A DNA stretch of 64,000 nucleotides from assembly GCA_963822965.1 (NCBI GenBank), contig CAWGJT010000010.1, positions 128,001 through 192,000 on the forward strand. Direction: 5' to 3'. Source of the stretch: an uncultured delta proteobacterium. Lineage in GTDB: Bacteria; Myxococcota_A; UBA9160; UBA4427. Position numbers and translations under genes: made by a program. Of the stretch, positions 1-10,300 are shown piece after piece. Below the pieces are notes generated by a model that was not told the origin of the DNA, did no database searches, and saw nothing but the letters and a program-made list of their open reading frames with translations. Position 1 is the first letter of the stretch. Each line of letters begins with the position of its first letter.

Positions 1-567
1 CTCGGGCACGGGAAGAATGGCCAGGGTGGCGACGGCGACCGGCTGTGCGCTGAGGTCGGCGGTGACCACGTGCACGCCGGTGACGTCGACCTGGGAGGGG
101 AGCGTCGGGTCGGTGGACTGCACCAGCAGGTCGCCCACCCACACCGGAGCGACGCTCGGCGGTGAGACCACGCTCACGGCCGTGGCGGTGAGCTCGTCGA
201 CGACCTGGCTGGTGGACAGGTTGTAGTAGACGCCGGGTGCGGGCGTGAAGGAGAGCAGCTCCGCGTTGGGACCGGCCTGCACCGTCACGTGCCAGCCGCA
301 GATCTCGTTTCCGTCGCCGTCCTCGCAGGCCGTTCCGGACGTGGTCGGGTTGCTCCCCGCGGTGTCCGCGTAGAGATGGAGCCACTCGGGCCCCGGGCTC
401 GGCAGCACGGGGGTCGTGGTGGGCGGGACGCCGTCGTTGCCGGCACTGTGGTAGAGCGCCGCCTGCGCGTCGGCTCGTCCTGCGGCCAGGACGAGGGCTC
501 CGAGCAGCGCAGGGACGAGCAGCGCGACGGAGCACGAGGTCGAAGCAGAGGTCGTCGGGCGGGACAT
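1..567 (-). CDS. Secreted protein, probable PEP-CTERM sorting domain (3' end runs off the window)
   Basis: Not in the ORF track; translated manually. ATG at 567 follows a GAGGAG RBS. Signal peptide (VALLVPALLGALVLAAGRADAQA), then a beta-rich body; the frame reaches the window edge at ...TLAILPVPE, the start of a VPEP motif. Confidence 0.7.
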   Translation of the reverse strand, partial: MSRPTTSASTSCSVALLVPALLGALVLAAGRADAQAALYHSAGNDGVPPTTTPVLPSPGPEWLHLYADTAGSNPTTSGTACEDGDGNEICGWHVTVQAGPNAELLSFTPAPGVYYNLSTSQVVDELTATAVSVVSPPSVAPVWVGDLLVQSTDPTLPSQVDVTGVHVVTADLSAQPVAVATLAILPVPE

Positions 568-601
568 GGCTTTCTCCTCGGTCGGAGGCAGGGCCGGCTC
601 C

Positions 602-3346
602 TCAATAGAAGGCGGCCGGGTCGTTGCTGGAGGGCAGGTGGTCGCCGGGACCCGGGATCTGGCACAGGTTGTTGGGCGCCTGGCTCAGGGCGGTCTGGAA
701 GCGGACGCGGATGCTCGCGCTCGTATCGATGCCGTCGGTGGTCTGCACGTGGAAGTGGAGATGCTCGGTGGTGGAGTTGCCCGTGTCGCCGACGCCGCCC
801 ACCTCGTCGGACCGGTGCAGGATCTGGCCCACGACCGGCGTCACGTCGTTCTGGTTCATGTGCCAGTAGGTCGCGTAGGTGCCGTCCTGGTGGCGGACGT
901 ACAGGTAGTTGCCGTTGTCGCACGGGTAGTCGTTCTGGCAGCTGGTCTTGGCGGCGGGCGTGACGCACACCGAGTAGCGGCAGAGATTGCCCGGGGCGCA
1001 GTCGCTGTTGTACGTGCACGCGCCGAGGCTCGCGTTCAGGTGGCAGGTCTCGAGCTTGTCGTAGCAGAGGTTGCTCTGGATGAGGCCGTCCACGGTGTTC
1101 GTGTACGGGTCGGAGCTCTCCTTCAGCATGGTGACGCGGCCACCGCGCGCGGCCCGGATGCGATGGCCGAGGGGCGCCACCATGTCCCAGGCGAAGGACT
1201 GGAGGCCCTCGTGGCCGGGGTTCTGGTTGGCGTTTCCGTTGCTCACCGTCCAGGAATCGCCGGAGCCGCCCGGATAGAGGGGGTAGCGGTAGTAGCTGTT
1301 CTCGGTGGCGGGGCTGGGACAGAAGTTCACGACGTCGCGCACGATGGGTTCGACCTTGCAGCTGTACCAGTAGGTGCCGTTGCGGGTGCCCGCGAGGGTG
1401 GGCCAGCGCATGCCGGCGGCGACGGTGACGCCGTGCTTGCGGCTCAGGTAGGCGGCCTGGAGCCAGCTCGAAGGGCCGTGGACCGGATAGAAGTCGTCGT
1501 TGAAGATCTTGAAGCCGTAGCCCTGCTGGGTGGTGACGAGGGTGCCGTTGGCACAGCCGGGCGAGCTCGACGCCGCTTCGCAGGTCTGGGCGAAGAAGTA
1601 CGGATTGTCGACGCTGTGGACGGCGGTGGGATCCGTGGTCGTGCCGATCACGTACTGGAAGCGGTAGCCCGGCTCGTTGTCCTCGAGGTCGAACTCCGAG
1701 TAGCCGTGGATGGACGAGCACAGGGACCCCCGTGCGTGGACCTCGACGGGATAGGTGCGCGGCGTGGCGTAGGCGGTGAACGGGCCGCAGGTTCCCAGGA
1801 TCGGGCAGGTCTGCCGGCGCACGGTGGCGGTCAGGGTCAGCGGGGTGTCGAGCGGGACGTCGTAGGGGATGACCACGGGCCCGTCCCCGGGCGTCAGGTC
1901 CTCGGCCACGGTCTTCGAGCCGATGGTGATCTTCATGCTGTAGCGCGGGAAGTGGTACAGGCTGTCGAAGCCCTCGCACCAGCCCTGGAGGACCATGAAC
2001 CGCATGCCCTGCTCCAGCTCGAGATTGCCGGCGGGCGAGCTTCCCTCGTAGGGCGCGAGCGCGTGGTGGGTCACGGGGGAGAGGTCCCAGGGCGCGAAGC
2101 CCTGCACGGGAGCCAGGCGCAGGTGCAGGCAGGCGGGCTCGAGCGGGCCCGGATCGGCGTCCGCGCAGTCCGGGCAGCTGACGCCCAGGGCCACGCCGAG
2201 GTCGACGCCCACCGAAGCCGAGAGGCTCGTGCCCACCACGTCCACCTGGCCGCTCGGTCCGATGGGCTCCTGGATCGCGCCCGGGGTCAGCGCGATGACG
2301 GTGCCGTCTTCGAGGACGAGCACGCCCAGCTGGTCGTCGATGTCCCGCACGCGCCCGCTCAGGGAGAGCGAGCCCTGGACTGCGCCGCAGCTCGCGTCGA
2401 ACGCGTCCGCGGCGACCTCGGCCGTCGAGATGCCGCGGTCGACCTCCACCAGCGCGATGTCGAAGGCGCCCACCGCCAGCTGGCCGTCGCCCGGGTGGCC
2501 GGAGGACGGGCCGGAGCCCTCGGTCTCCAGGTCGAGACGCAGGTGGGTGTACTCGTCGTCGACGATGCTGCGCCGCAGCATGATCTCGTCGAGGATGCCG
2601 CGGTACAGGCTCGCGGCCGAGCACAGGTTGCCCGAGCGCATGTCGTCCGCCGCCCGGGTCATCTCGGCCATGCCGAGCTGCATGGCGCTTCGCAGGTCCT
2701 GGATCAACGGGTGCTCCGCGAGCTCCGGGGCCGACAGCAGCCTGGCGCCTTCGGCGAGCCCCATGTCGGCGGGCTCCGTCAGGCTCTCGGGGCGAAGCAC
2801 CATGTCGACGCTCGAGCACCCCGCCACGGTGTCCAGGGGGGCGACGCCCGGCGGCGTCTGCGCACACAGGTCCAGCGCGTCTGCCACGCCGTCCTGGTCG
2901 CCGTCCTCACAGCCCGTACCCAGCGGCGGCCCCAGGCCGTCCAGGTTGCGTCGCATCACCACCGCGTTGCGGACGTCGCAGGCCCGCGCCCGGCCCACCA
3001 CGGTGCACTGAGCGAGACCCGCCTGGCTGAGACGGTGACCGACCGGGTCCGCGAGGTAGTCCAGATACTCGTCGAGGTCGGTCGCATCGAAGGCCCCGTC
3101 CCCATTGACGTCGCCGCAGGAGGCGAGGGCCGGCGGTGGCGACACCAAGCCCGTGGTCCCGAGGACGAGGATCGCGACGAGGCAGAGGGCGAGCCTGGAA
3201 GACGACGGCCGGGCGGGATGGGTCTGGCCGGAGGATTTCGGGAGCCTGGGGCCGCCATCGTCGGCCTCGAGCCCGTCCCAGGCGGTCGGAGCGGCCGCCA
3301 GGGCTCCGATGACCTCGCTGAGCAGCGCGATGAGGTGACGTCGCAT
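602..3346 (-). CDS. Secreted multidomain M23 metallopeptidase with N-terminal dockerin-like and TSP3-like Ca-binding motifs
   Basis: CGDVNGDGAFDATD (dockerin-like) and DGDQDGVADALDLC (TSP3-like). C-terminal M23 motifs HEGLQSFAWD, GNYLYVRH, YWHM, GDTGNSTTEHLHF. True start may be downstream, nearer the hydrophobic signal. Confidence 0.8.
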   Translation of the reverse strand: MRRHLIALLSEVIGALAAAPTAWDGLEADDGGPRLPKSSGQTHPARPSSSRLALCLVAILVLGTTGLVSPPPALASCGDVNGDGAFDATDLDEYLDYLADPVGHRLSQAGLAQCTVVGRARACDVRNAVVMRRNLDGLGPPLGTGCEDGDQDGVADALDLCAQTPPGVAPLDTVAGCSSVDMVLRPESLTEPADMGLAEGARLLSAPELAEHPLIQDLRSAMQLGMAEMTRAADDMRSGNLCSAASLYRGILDEIMLRRSIVDDEYTHLRLDLETEGSGPSSGHPGDGQLAVGAFDIALVEVDRGISTAEVAADAFDASCGAVQGSLSLSGRVRDIDDQLGVLVLEDGTVIALTPGAIQEPIGPSGQVDVVGTSLSASVGVDLGVALGVSCPDCADADPGPLEPACLHLRLAPVQGFAPWDLSPVTHHALAPYEGSSPAGNLELEQGMRFMVLQGWCEGFDSLYHFPRYSMKITIGSKTVAEDLTPGDGPVVIPYDVPLDTPLTLTATVRRQTCPILGTCGPFTAYATPRTYPVEVHARGSLCSSIHGYSEFDLEDNEPGYRFQYVIGTTTDPTAVHSVDNPYFFAQTCEAASSSPGCANGTLVTTQQGYGFKIFNDDFYPVHGPSSWLQAAYLSRKHGVTVAAGMRWPTLAGTRNGTYWYSCKVEPIVRDVVNFCPSPATENSYYRYPLYPGGSGDSWTVSNGNANQNPGHEGLQSFAWDMVAPLGHRIRAARGGRVTMLKESSDPYTNTVDGLIQSNLCYDKLETCHLNASLGACTYNSDCAPGNLCRYSVCVTPAAKTSCQNDYPCDNGNYLYVRHQDGTYATYWHMNQNDVTPVVGQILHRSDEVGGVGDTGNSTTEHLHFHVQTTDGIDTSASIRVRFQTALSQAPNNLCQIPGPGDHLPSSNDPAAFY

Positions 3347-3601
3347 GCTGGGCTCCTCGTCTCGTCTGGTGTCGGCCTCGGCCGGCGATTCGAGTCACAG
3401 GCTACGAGGACGGGACCCCGGCCTGCTTGAGCAGCGTGTGATGGTTTTCTGATGAGTGGGGCCCCGACGTCCGAGGTGGGCGAGAGGTGCGAGGGAGAGG
3501 CATGCGACGAGAGGAATACGAGGAGAGGCGCGGCTGTCCCGCGGGTGAAGGGAGGGCTACCCTGCCGGGGCGCCTTCGCTAGTCGAGCCTCCGAGCTCCA
3601 A

Positions 3602-3665
3602 ACAAGCCTTCGAGCAGACAAGCCTTCGAGCAGACAAGCCTTCGAGCAGACAAGCCTTCGAGAAG
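3602..3665. repeat. Tandem repeat, 16 bp x4 (ACAAGCCTTCGAGCAG)
   Basis: Three perfect copies plus one with a single mismatch, directly upstream of the SDR RBS. Confidence 0.95.
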
Positions 3666-3683
3666 AGGAACGGGAGAGCCACC

Positions 3684-4460
3684 ATGGGTCAGCGCTTCGC
3701 GGGAAAGGTCGCCCTCGTCACGGGCGCGGCCGGGGGAATCGGTCGAGCCACGGTGGCGACGCTGGTGGAGGGTGGGGCGCGGGTCGTCGCGACCGACCTC
3801 AAGGACGCGCCGATCGAAGAGACGGCGGCCGTGGTGGAGAAGCTGGGCGGTGAGGTGCTGACCCTGGCCCACGACGTCACGTCCTGGGCCGACTGGCAGC
3901 GGGTGGTCGCCGAGGGCGAGCGGCGGTTCGGGGGCATCGACCTTCTCGTCAACAACGCGGGGATCGAAGGTCCCATCACGCCCCTCGACGAGGCGCCCGA
4001 GGCGGCCTTCGACCAGGTGATCGCCGTGAACGTGAAGGGCGTGTTCCTCGGCATGAAGGCGGTGATCCCGGCGCTGCGGAAGCGCGGTGGCGGCGCGATC
4101 GTGAATCTCGCGTCGGTGGCCGGGGTGATCGGCGACGCGGCCATCGGTCCCTACGTGGCGAGCAAGCACGCCGTGATCGGGCTGACGAAGTCCGGCGCGG
4201 TGGGCTACGGGCCCGAGAAGATCCGGGTCAACGCGGTGGGCCCCGCCCCCATCGAGACGCGCATGATGCGCGCGCTGGAGACCGGCCTGCAGCCGGGCGA
4301 AGAGGCCACGGTCAAGACGGCTCTCGAGGCGCGCATCCCCCTCGGACGCTACGGCACTCCCGAAGAGGTGGCCGCCGTGATCGCGTTCCTGTGCAGCGAC
4401 GACGCCCGCTACGTGACGGGCTCGCTCTACACGGTGGACGGCGGCATGACGAACTACTGA
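3684..4460 (+). CDS. SDR family oxidoreductase
   Basis: TGAAGGIG, NNAG, YVASK and VDGG motifs. Confidence 0.95.
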   Translation: MGQRFAGKVALVTGAAGGIGRATVATLVEGGARVVATDLKDAPIEETAAVVEKLGGEVLTLAHDVTSWADWQRVVAEGERRFGGIDLLVNNAGIEGPITPLDEAPEAAFDQVIAVNVKGVFLGMKAVIPALRKRGGGAIVNLASVAGVIGDAAIGPYVASKHAVIGLTKSGAVGYGPEKIRVNAVGPAPIETRMMRALETGLQPGEEATVKTALEARIPLGRYGTPEEVAAVIAFLCSDDARYVTGSLYTVDGGMTNY

Positions 4461-4559
4461 GCCGGGCGGTCCCGCGCGACGCCCAGCGGCCCGAGGGCCC
4501 ACAACCGGGTGTGCGGTCGGCAACGCCGGTCCGGCAGACCCCTCGAGGAGACGACAGCG

Positions 4560-5393
4560 ATGGCACGGTCGAAGAACGCGCGACTGGAAGGCAAGACCGC
4601 ACTCATCACGGGCGGCGGCGCCGGGCTCGGCGCGGCCATGGCGCGTCGCTTCTACGAGGAAGGCGCTCGCGTCGTCGTGAACGATCTCGATCCGGGCACC
4701 GCCAAGGTCGTCGCGGAGGAGGTCGGCGGCAGCTCCTACGCGGCCGACGTCTCGGATTCGGGCGCGGTGCGGGCGATGTTCGAGGAGGTGGCGCGCACGC
4801 TCGGGCGTCTCGACATCCTGGTGAACAACGCGGGCATCGGCTCCCAGGACGCCGAGTCGACGGCGCGCTTCAACGCCAAGTCCCTGGCCCAGGCGGCGGA
4901 GGTGGCGGCGGGCGGTCCCATCCAGACGCACCTGGATCGCACCGTCGAGCTCTCGGACGCCGAGTGGCACCGGATGATCGGCGTGCATCTCGACGGCACC
5001 TTCTTCTGCTGCCGGGAGGGGCTCAAGATCATGAGCCCGCAGATGTCGGGCTCGATCATCAACCTCGGGTCCATCATGGGCACGGCCGGGGGCGGTGGGC
5101 TTCCCGACTACTGCGCGGCCAAGGGCGGCATCCTGGCGCTGACGCGATCGCTGGCGCGCGAGGTGGCGAGCCGGGGCATCCGGGTCAACGCGATCGCGCC
5201 GGGCTGGATCGAGACGGCGATGACCGACCCCGTGGGCGACATCCGCCCCCTGCTGGAGGCGCAGACGCCCCTCGGTCGCTTCGGTGAGCCCGACGACATC
5301 GCGTGGGCGGCCGTGTACCTGGCGAGCGACGAGGCGAAGTTCGTGACGGGACAGGTGCTCTCGCCGAATGGCGGCTGGCACATGAGCCAGTAG
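4560..5393 (+). CDS. SDR family oxidoreductase (FabG-like)
   Basis: TGGGAGLG, NNAG, YCAAK, NAIAPG; ATG at 4560 after GAGGAG. Confidence 0.95.
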   Translation: MARSKNARLEGKTALITGGGAGLGAAMARRFYEEGARVVVNDLDPGTAKVVAEEVGGSSYAADVSDSGAVRAMFEEVARTLGRLDILVNNAGIGSQDAESTARFNAKSLAQAAEVAAGGPIQTHLDRTVELSDAEWHRMIGVHLDGTFFCCREGLKIMSPQMSGSIINLGSIMGTAGGGGLPDYCAAKGGILALTRSLAREVASRGIRVNAIAPGWIETAMTDPVGDIRPLLEAQTPLGRFGEPDDIAWAAVYLASDEAKFVTGQVLSPNGGWHMSQ

Positions 5394-5499
5394 CCGGGGG
5401 GACGATCCCCGCCGAAGTCGGCCCCTCCTTGCGCCGGTTCGGCGACGCTTCTCAAGTGTCGTCCGGGTTGCGCCGATCGACCTGCGGAGGAGGGGACTC

Positions 5500-6114
5500 A
5501 TGCCCGCAGCCCGACGAGCGATTCCGCTGCTTCCGCAGGGCCAGGCGAAAAGCCAGGCGAAAGGCCAGGCGAAGGGCCGGGCACCGGCCGTCCTGCTGGC
5601 ACTTGCCACGATGCTGCTCGCCCAGCAGGCCGTCGCCGGCTCCCTGCGCTGCCAGGGCAAGCTGATCCAGGTGGGCGATCCCAAGGTGCGCATGGTCGAG
5701 GCCTGCGGCCAGCCGCTCTCGCGCGACGTGGTGGCCGTGGAGCGCGTGTACGAGGACGGCCAGCAGCTGCGGGTGAGCTACGTCGAGGAGTGGTCGTACA
5801 CGACCGCCGGCGTCGAGGGGTACCAGCTGCTGCGATTCGACGGCGGTCGGCTCGTGGGCGAGGGGATGCGCTGTGCGGGCGGTCTCGTGCGGCCCGGGGA
5901 CACGACGGTCACCGTCCTCCAGAAGTGCGGCGAGCCCGTCGAGCGGGACGCCACGGGGCTCGTGCAGGACCCGCCCGGTCCCGCCTCCCGGGCCGTGGTG
6001 AGCGACGCCCCCATCGAGCAATGGGTGTACTCGCAGGGCGAGGGCACCCTGCTCCAGATCGTCACCCTGCGCGGCGGTCGGATCGAGAGCATCGAGAACG
6101 GCCCGCGCCAATAG
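5500..6114 (+). CDS. Secreted protein with tandem DUF2845-like domains
   Basis: Signal peptide, then two repeats of (L/M)RCxGxL(I/V)xxGD..CGxP..E(E/Q)WxY..GGR. Confidence 0.8.
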   Translation: MPAARRAIPLLPQGQAKSQAKGQAKGRAPAVLLALATMLLAQQAVAGSLRCQGKLIQVGDPKVRMVEACGQPLSRDVVAVERVYEDGQQLRVSYVEEWSYTTAGVEGYQLLRFDGGRLVGEGMRCAGGLVRPGDTTVTVLQKCGEPVERDATGLVQDPPGPASRAVVSDAPIEQWVYSQGEGTLLQIVTLRGGRIESIENGPRQ

Positions 6115-6179
6115 AGGGGCCGCATCAAAGGGGCCGCATCTCGAGATCCGATCCGCGTCCCCGAAGCCGTCGCCCGCGC

Positions 6180-7474
6180 TCAGGTCGTCTGGGCCTGCAC
6201 GCTCGGGGCCGGGCTCCAGCGCACGTTCAGGCGCCAGGCGAGGATCCAGTTGGCCGAGAGCCCGAGGGCGAGCACCACGCCGAGGGTGCCCGGCACGAGC
6301 GCGAGCGCCGCAGCCGGAGTCGCCAGCAGCCGCAGCCACTCCGCACGCCCGGCCCAGGAGGCGCCGTCGAAGAGCGCGCCCAGGCTCACCATGCCCCACG
6401 TGGCGCCCCCGGCCAGGATCGCCAGCTCGCTGGTGGGCCAAGTCGCGGAGAAGGCGATGAACGCGACGGCCAGGCCGAGGATCTGCACGAACTGCACGCT
6501 GGCGTAGATCGCCGTGGATCGCGCGACCCGTGGGTCGTACTTGCGCGCGTCTGCGCCCGCCGCGCCGTCCGGAATGGGCGGGGCCGGCTGGAAGCCGCCC
6601 AGGTCGTCGGGAAACCATCCGGGCGGCTTCAGGAACACCAACAGCTTGTCGCGCCAGCGCCGGGTGGCGCGCGCCGACTGCCACAGCTCGACCCAGTAGT
6701 GCAGGTTGGCCCAGATCGGGTTCCAGCTCGAGAGCGGCTTGGTGATGCCGTAGACCACCTCCTCGCCCTCGGGCTCGAAGGTTCCGAAGAGCTTGTCCCA
6801 GACGATGAAGGTGCCTCCGTGGTTGCGGTCGATGTAGCGGGGGTTGCGTCCGTGGTGGACGCGGTGGTGGGACGGGGTCATCAGGACGTGCTCGAGTGGC
6901 CCGAGTCGCCCGAGCACCCGCGTGTGGATCCAGAACTGGTAGAGCGTGTTGAACGAGGCGCACGCCAGGATAGACGACCGGCGGAACCCCGATCACGGCG
7001 AGCGGCCAGTAGAAGACCATGGAGAAGAAGGGCTGCAGGCTGCTCTGCCGGAGCGCCACCGTGAGGTTGTACTCCTCGCTCTGGTGATGGACCACGTGGG
7101 CGGCCCACAGGAAGTTGATCTCGTGGCTCAGCCGGTGGAACCAGTAGTAGAGGAGGTCGACGCCCACGAAGCACCCGATCCACACCGAGGGCGCTGTCCG
7201 TGGGCAGGTCGGCGATGCGGACGTGGTGGTAGAGGGCCAGGTAGCCCGCGACCAGCAGCCCGGCCCCGAGCAGCGAGGTGAGCTGCTGGAGCACGCCGGT
7301 GCTGAGGTCGCTCACCGAGTCGTTGAGCCGGTAGTAGCGGCGGCCCTGCCGGCGGGCGGCCCACAGCTCGAGCGCGATGAGCGCGAAGAAGGCGGGGATC
7401 GCCAGGGCGATGTAGTTCGTGCCCATCTCGGCGTCCATGCCCATCGCTGCGTCCATGCCCATCGCTGCGTCCAT
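6180..7474 (-). CDS. Sterol desaturase / alkylglycerol monooxygenase-like membrane di-iron enzyme (two frameshifts, ~7190 and ~6970)
   Basis: His boxes [25 protein letters not shown] and [11 protein letters not shown] are spread over three frames. Start at 7474 or 7426. Confidence 0.85.
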
Positions 7475-7488
7475 GGAGGGAGCCGCGC

Positions 7489-8765
7489 CTACGCCGGCGC
7501 GCGGACGGGCCGGAAGCGTACGGGCACCCGTCCCGGCACGCGGAAGAGGGAGCGTCCCCAGGTCGTCTTCGGCTCCACGAGCTCGAGGTCGGTGAAGCGT
7601 GCCACGAGCCGACCGATGGCGATCTGCGACTCCAGCCGGGCGAGGTGCGCGCCCAGGCAGAGGTGGGCGCCGCCTCCGAAGGAGAGGTGCGCCGGCGGCC
7701 GGCGCCCGCGGCATAACGGCCGACGTCGAAGCGTTCGGGATCCTGGAAGTGCTCCGGGTCGCGGTTGGCGGCGGCCAGACCGATCGCCACCTCTTCGTCG
7801 GCGTCGATCGCGAAGCCGCCGAACTCCGCGGGCTCGTGCAGGATGCGCACGGTCCACGTGATGGGACCCGAGGTGCGCAGGCACTCCTCGACGGCGCTCT
7901 CGATGAGCTCGGGCTCGGCGCGCAGCCGCGCGAGCTCGCCCGGGTTGCGGATGAGGGTGGTGAGGCCGTTGCCGATCAGCCCGATGGTCGTCTCGAAGCC
8001 CGCGATCAGGAGCCCGATCGACTGGATCAGCAGCTCCTCGCTGCTCAGCCGGTCGCCTTCCTCCTCGGCCGCGATGAGCGCTCCCAGGAGATCGTCGCCG
8101 GGCTGACCGCGCCGTGCGGCGATCAGCTGGTTGAAGTAGCCGGCGAGCCCGTTCCGCGCCTTCTCCACCCGCGCGACGAGCTCGGGCGGCGCGTGGCCGC
8201 GGCGCAGGGCGAGGCCGTGGGTGGCGTCGGCGGTCCATTCCGTGAACGTGTCCCGATCCCCCACGGGCACCCCGAGCATCTCGCAGATGAGCGTGGCCGG
8301 AACGGGCAGGGCGAGGTCGGCGATCAGGTCCATCTCGCCGCTCTTCTCCACCCGGTCGAGCAGCTCGTCCGTCACCGCCTCGATGCGCGGGCGCCAGGCC
8401 GCGATGGCCCGGGGCGTGAAGGCCTTCGAGACGAGCTTGCGCAGGCGGGTGTGCTTGGGCGGATCCGTGAGCAGCATGAACTGGCCGCGCTCGAGGGCGG
8501 CCTCCTCCGGCTTCTGTCCGGGCAGGGTGCCGTCGGTCCGTCGCATGCCGGCGCCGGTCGAGCGGAGCATGCGCAGACAGTCGTCGTAGCGCGTGAGCCG
8601 CCACACGCCGTCGGGGGTCAGGCTGACGGGATGCTCTTCCCGAAGCTTCCGGTAGACGGGATAGGGGTCCTCGAGGTAGGCGGGGCTCGCCGGATCGGCG
8701 CCGTGCCAGCTCGGGACGGGCCGCGATTTCGGGGGACGGGATCGAGTCGGATTCTGGGCTGCCAC
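7489..8765 (-). CDS. Cytochrome P450 (frameshift near 7705)
   Basis: DPPKHTRLRKLV, AGFETT (I-helix) and EECLR (ExxR); the heme motif FGGGAHLCLG is in a second frame. GTG start is approximate. Confidence 0.92.
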
Positions 8766-8852
8766 GGGCACATGATCGCGCGCATGCTGGTGGAAGTCGA
8801 CAGGCGCCGCGGTGCGCGACGGCCTGCACGGGATCGGGCATCCTCTGGAGCG

Positions 8853-9705
8853 ATGGCGGCTCCGGCGATCGACTTCGAGGTGCAGCTCGGGCGGCACGGC
8901 ACGACGACGGTGCGGGACATTCCCGGGCCGCCGGGCGCCGCGACGGTGATGCTGCTGCACGGGCTGGGCGCTACGGGGCGCCTCAACTGGGGGCCGTGCT
9001 TCCGACCGCTGTCGCAGCACTTCCGGGTCCTCTGTCTCGATCACCGGGGGCACGGTCGCGGGCTTCGCACGCGTCGCTTCTCGCTCGAGCAGTGTGCCGA
9101 CGACGCCGCGGCCGTGGCGCGGGCGCGCGGCGTCTCGCGCTTCATCGCCGTCGGGCTACTCGATGGGCGGCCCCATCGCGTCGCTCACGTGGCGCCGCCA
9201 CCCGGACCAGGTGGCCGGGCTCGTGCTGTGTGCGACGGCGCGGCACTTCGTGCCCCGCAATCTCGCGCGCGCAGCGCGCTTCGCGCTGCCGCTGGCGGCT
9301 CGCGTCGCCCGGCTCGCGCCGTCGGCGGCCCACGACCGCATGCTGCAGCGGATGCTCGCGCGCATCGAGCACCCACAGCTCCGCGAGCGCATCCATCGCG
9401 AGTTCGAGGGACACGATCCCGCTTCGGTCATCCAGGCGAGCCACGCGCTCACGGGCTTCTCGTCCCACGACTGGATCGGCCGGCTCGACGTGCCGGCGGC
9501 GGTGGTCGTCACCACCCGGGACGAGCTGGTCCCGCCGGAACGCCAGCGCAAGCTCGCCGCCTCGATCCCGGGCGCCGAGGTATTCGAAGTGCCCGGCGAC
9601 CACGGTGCCTGCGTGGCCCGGGCCGACCTCTTCGTCCCCGCCCTCGTCGCCGCCTGCCGCAGCGTGGAGCGGCGGATGGCTCGCTCTCGCCAGAACGGCA
9701 GGTAG
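8853..9705 (+). CDS. Alpha/beta hydrolase (frameshift near 9153)
   Basis: LLHGLG and DHRGHG in the first frame; GYSMGG nucleophile, DELVP and GDH in the second. Confidence 0.88.
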
Positions 9706-9840
9706 GGCGGCCGGAGAGGAGGTAGGGCGGCCGGAGAGGAGGTAGGGCGGCCGGAGAGAGGAGCGTAGGGCGGCCGGAGCGGAGGTAGGCCGGTCGGAGA
9801 GGAGGAAGGGCGGCCGGAGGCCGGGTAGAGCGCAGGAGAG
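9701..9840. repeat. Degenerating ~20-bp tandem repeat (GGTAGGGCGGCCGGAGAGGA) between convergent genes
   Basis: Two perfect copies, a near-perfect third, then ~4 progressively divergent copies. Confidence 0.9.
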
Positions 9841-9850
9841 GGTCAGCGCC

Positions 9851-10231
9851 TCACGCCGCCGCGAGCGGCCGTCGCGCGGCCAGCAGCAGGACGGCCACGA
9901 TCGCCAGCTCCACCACGAACGCCGTGACACTCTCGGGTGCGAAGCCGTCGACCGTCATGCCGACGACCCGCCCCGCCGCGACGCAGCCGATCACGACGGC
10001 CACGGTCTGCAGCCAGCGCCCGTCTCCGCGCACCAGCCCCAGCACGCAGAGGATCGCGCCGCCCAGGAACAGACCGCCGATGTCGCCCCGGGCGGTGTTC
10101 AGCGCCACCGGGCCCCCCAGCACCATCGCCTGCTCGGCCGCGATGGCCGCGGGTGCGAACATCCAGCGAACGGCCAGCATGGTGAACAGCGCGGCCACCA
10201 CGCCGACGAGAACCTTCAACACGATCGCCAT
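9851..10231 (-). CDS. Small membrane protein (DUF4345-like)
   Basis: Four hydrophobic segments; NTARGDIGG and GRVVGMTVDG motifs; GGAG RBS. Confidence 0.7.
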   Translation of the reverse strand: MAIVLKVLVGVVAALFTMLAVRWMFAPAAIAAEQAMVLGGPVALNTARGDIGGLFLGGAILCVLGLVRGDGRWLQTVAVVIGCVAAGRVVGMTVDGFAPESVTAFVVELAIVAVLLLAARRPLAAA

Positions 10232-10300
10232 TGCGTCTCCTCTGCTGTGGGTCGAAAGATCGCCGGAGTGGGTCTCTCGCAGGAGCGCCGCAGCCGATGA

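Noticed and set aside
566..3430. Long antisense or alternate-frame ORFs (e.g. 566-3430 +, 285-2867 -, 19194-23195 +, 35567-38908 -)
   Set aside because: Shadow ORFs expected at high GC; Arg/Gly/Ala-rich, motif-free and overlapping well-supported genes.
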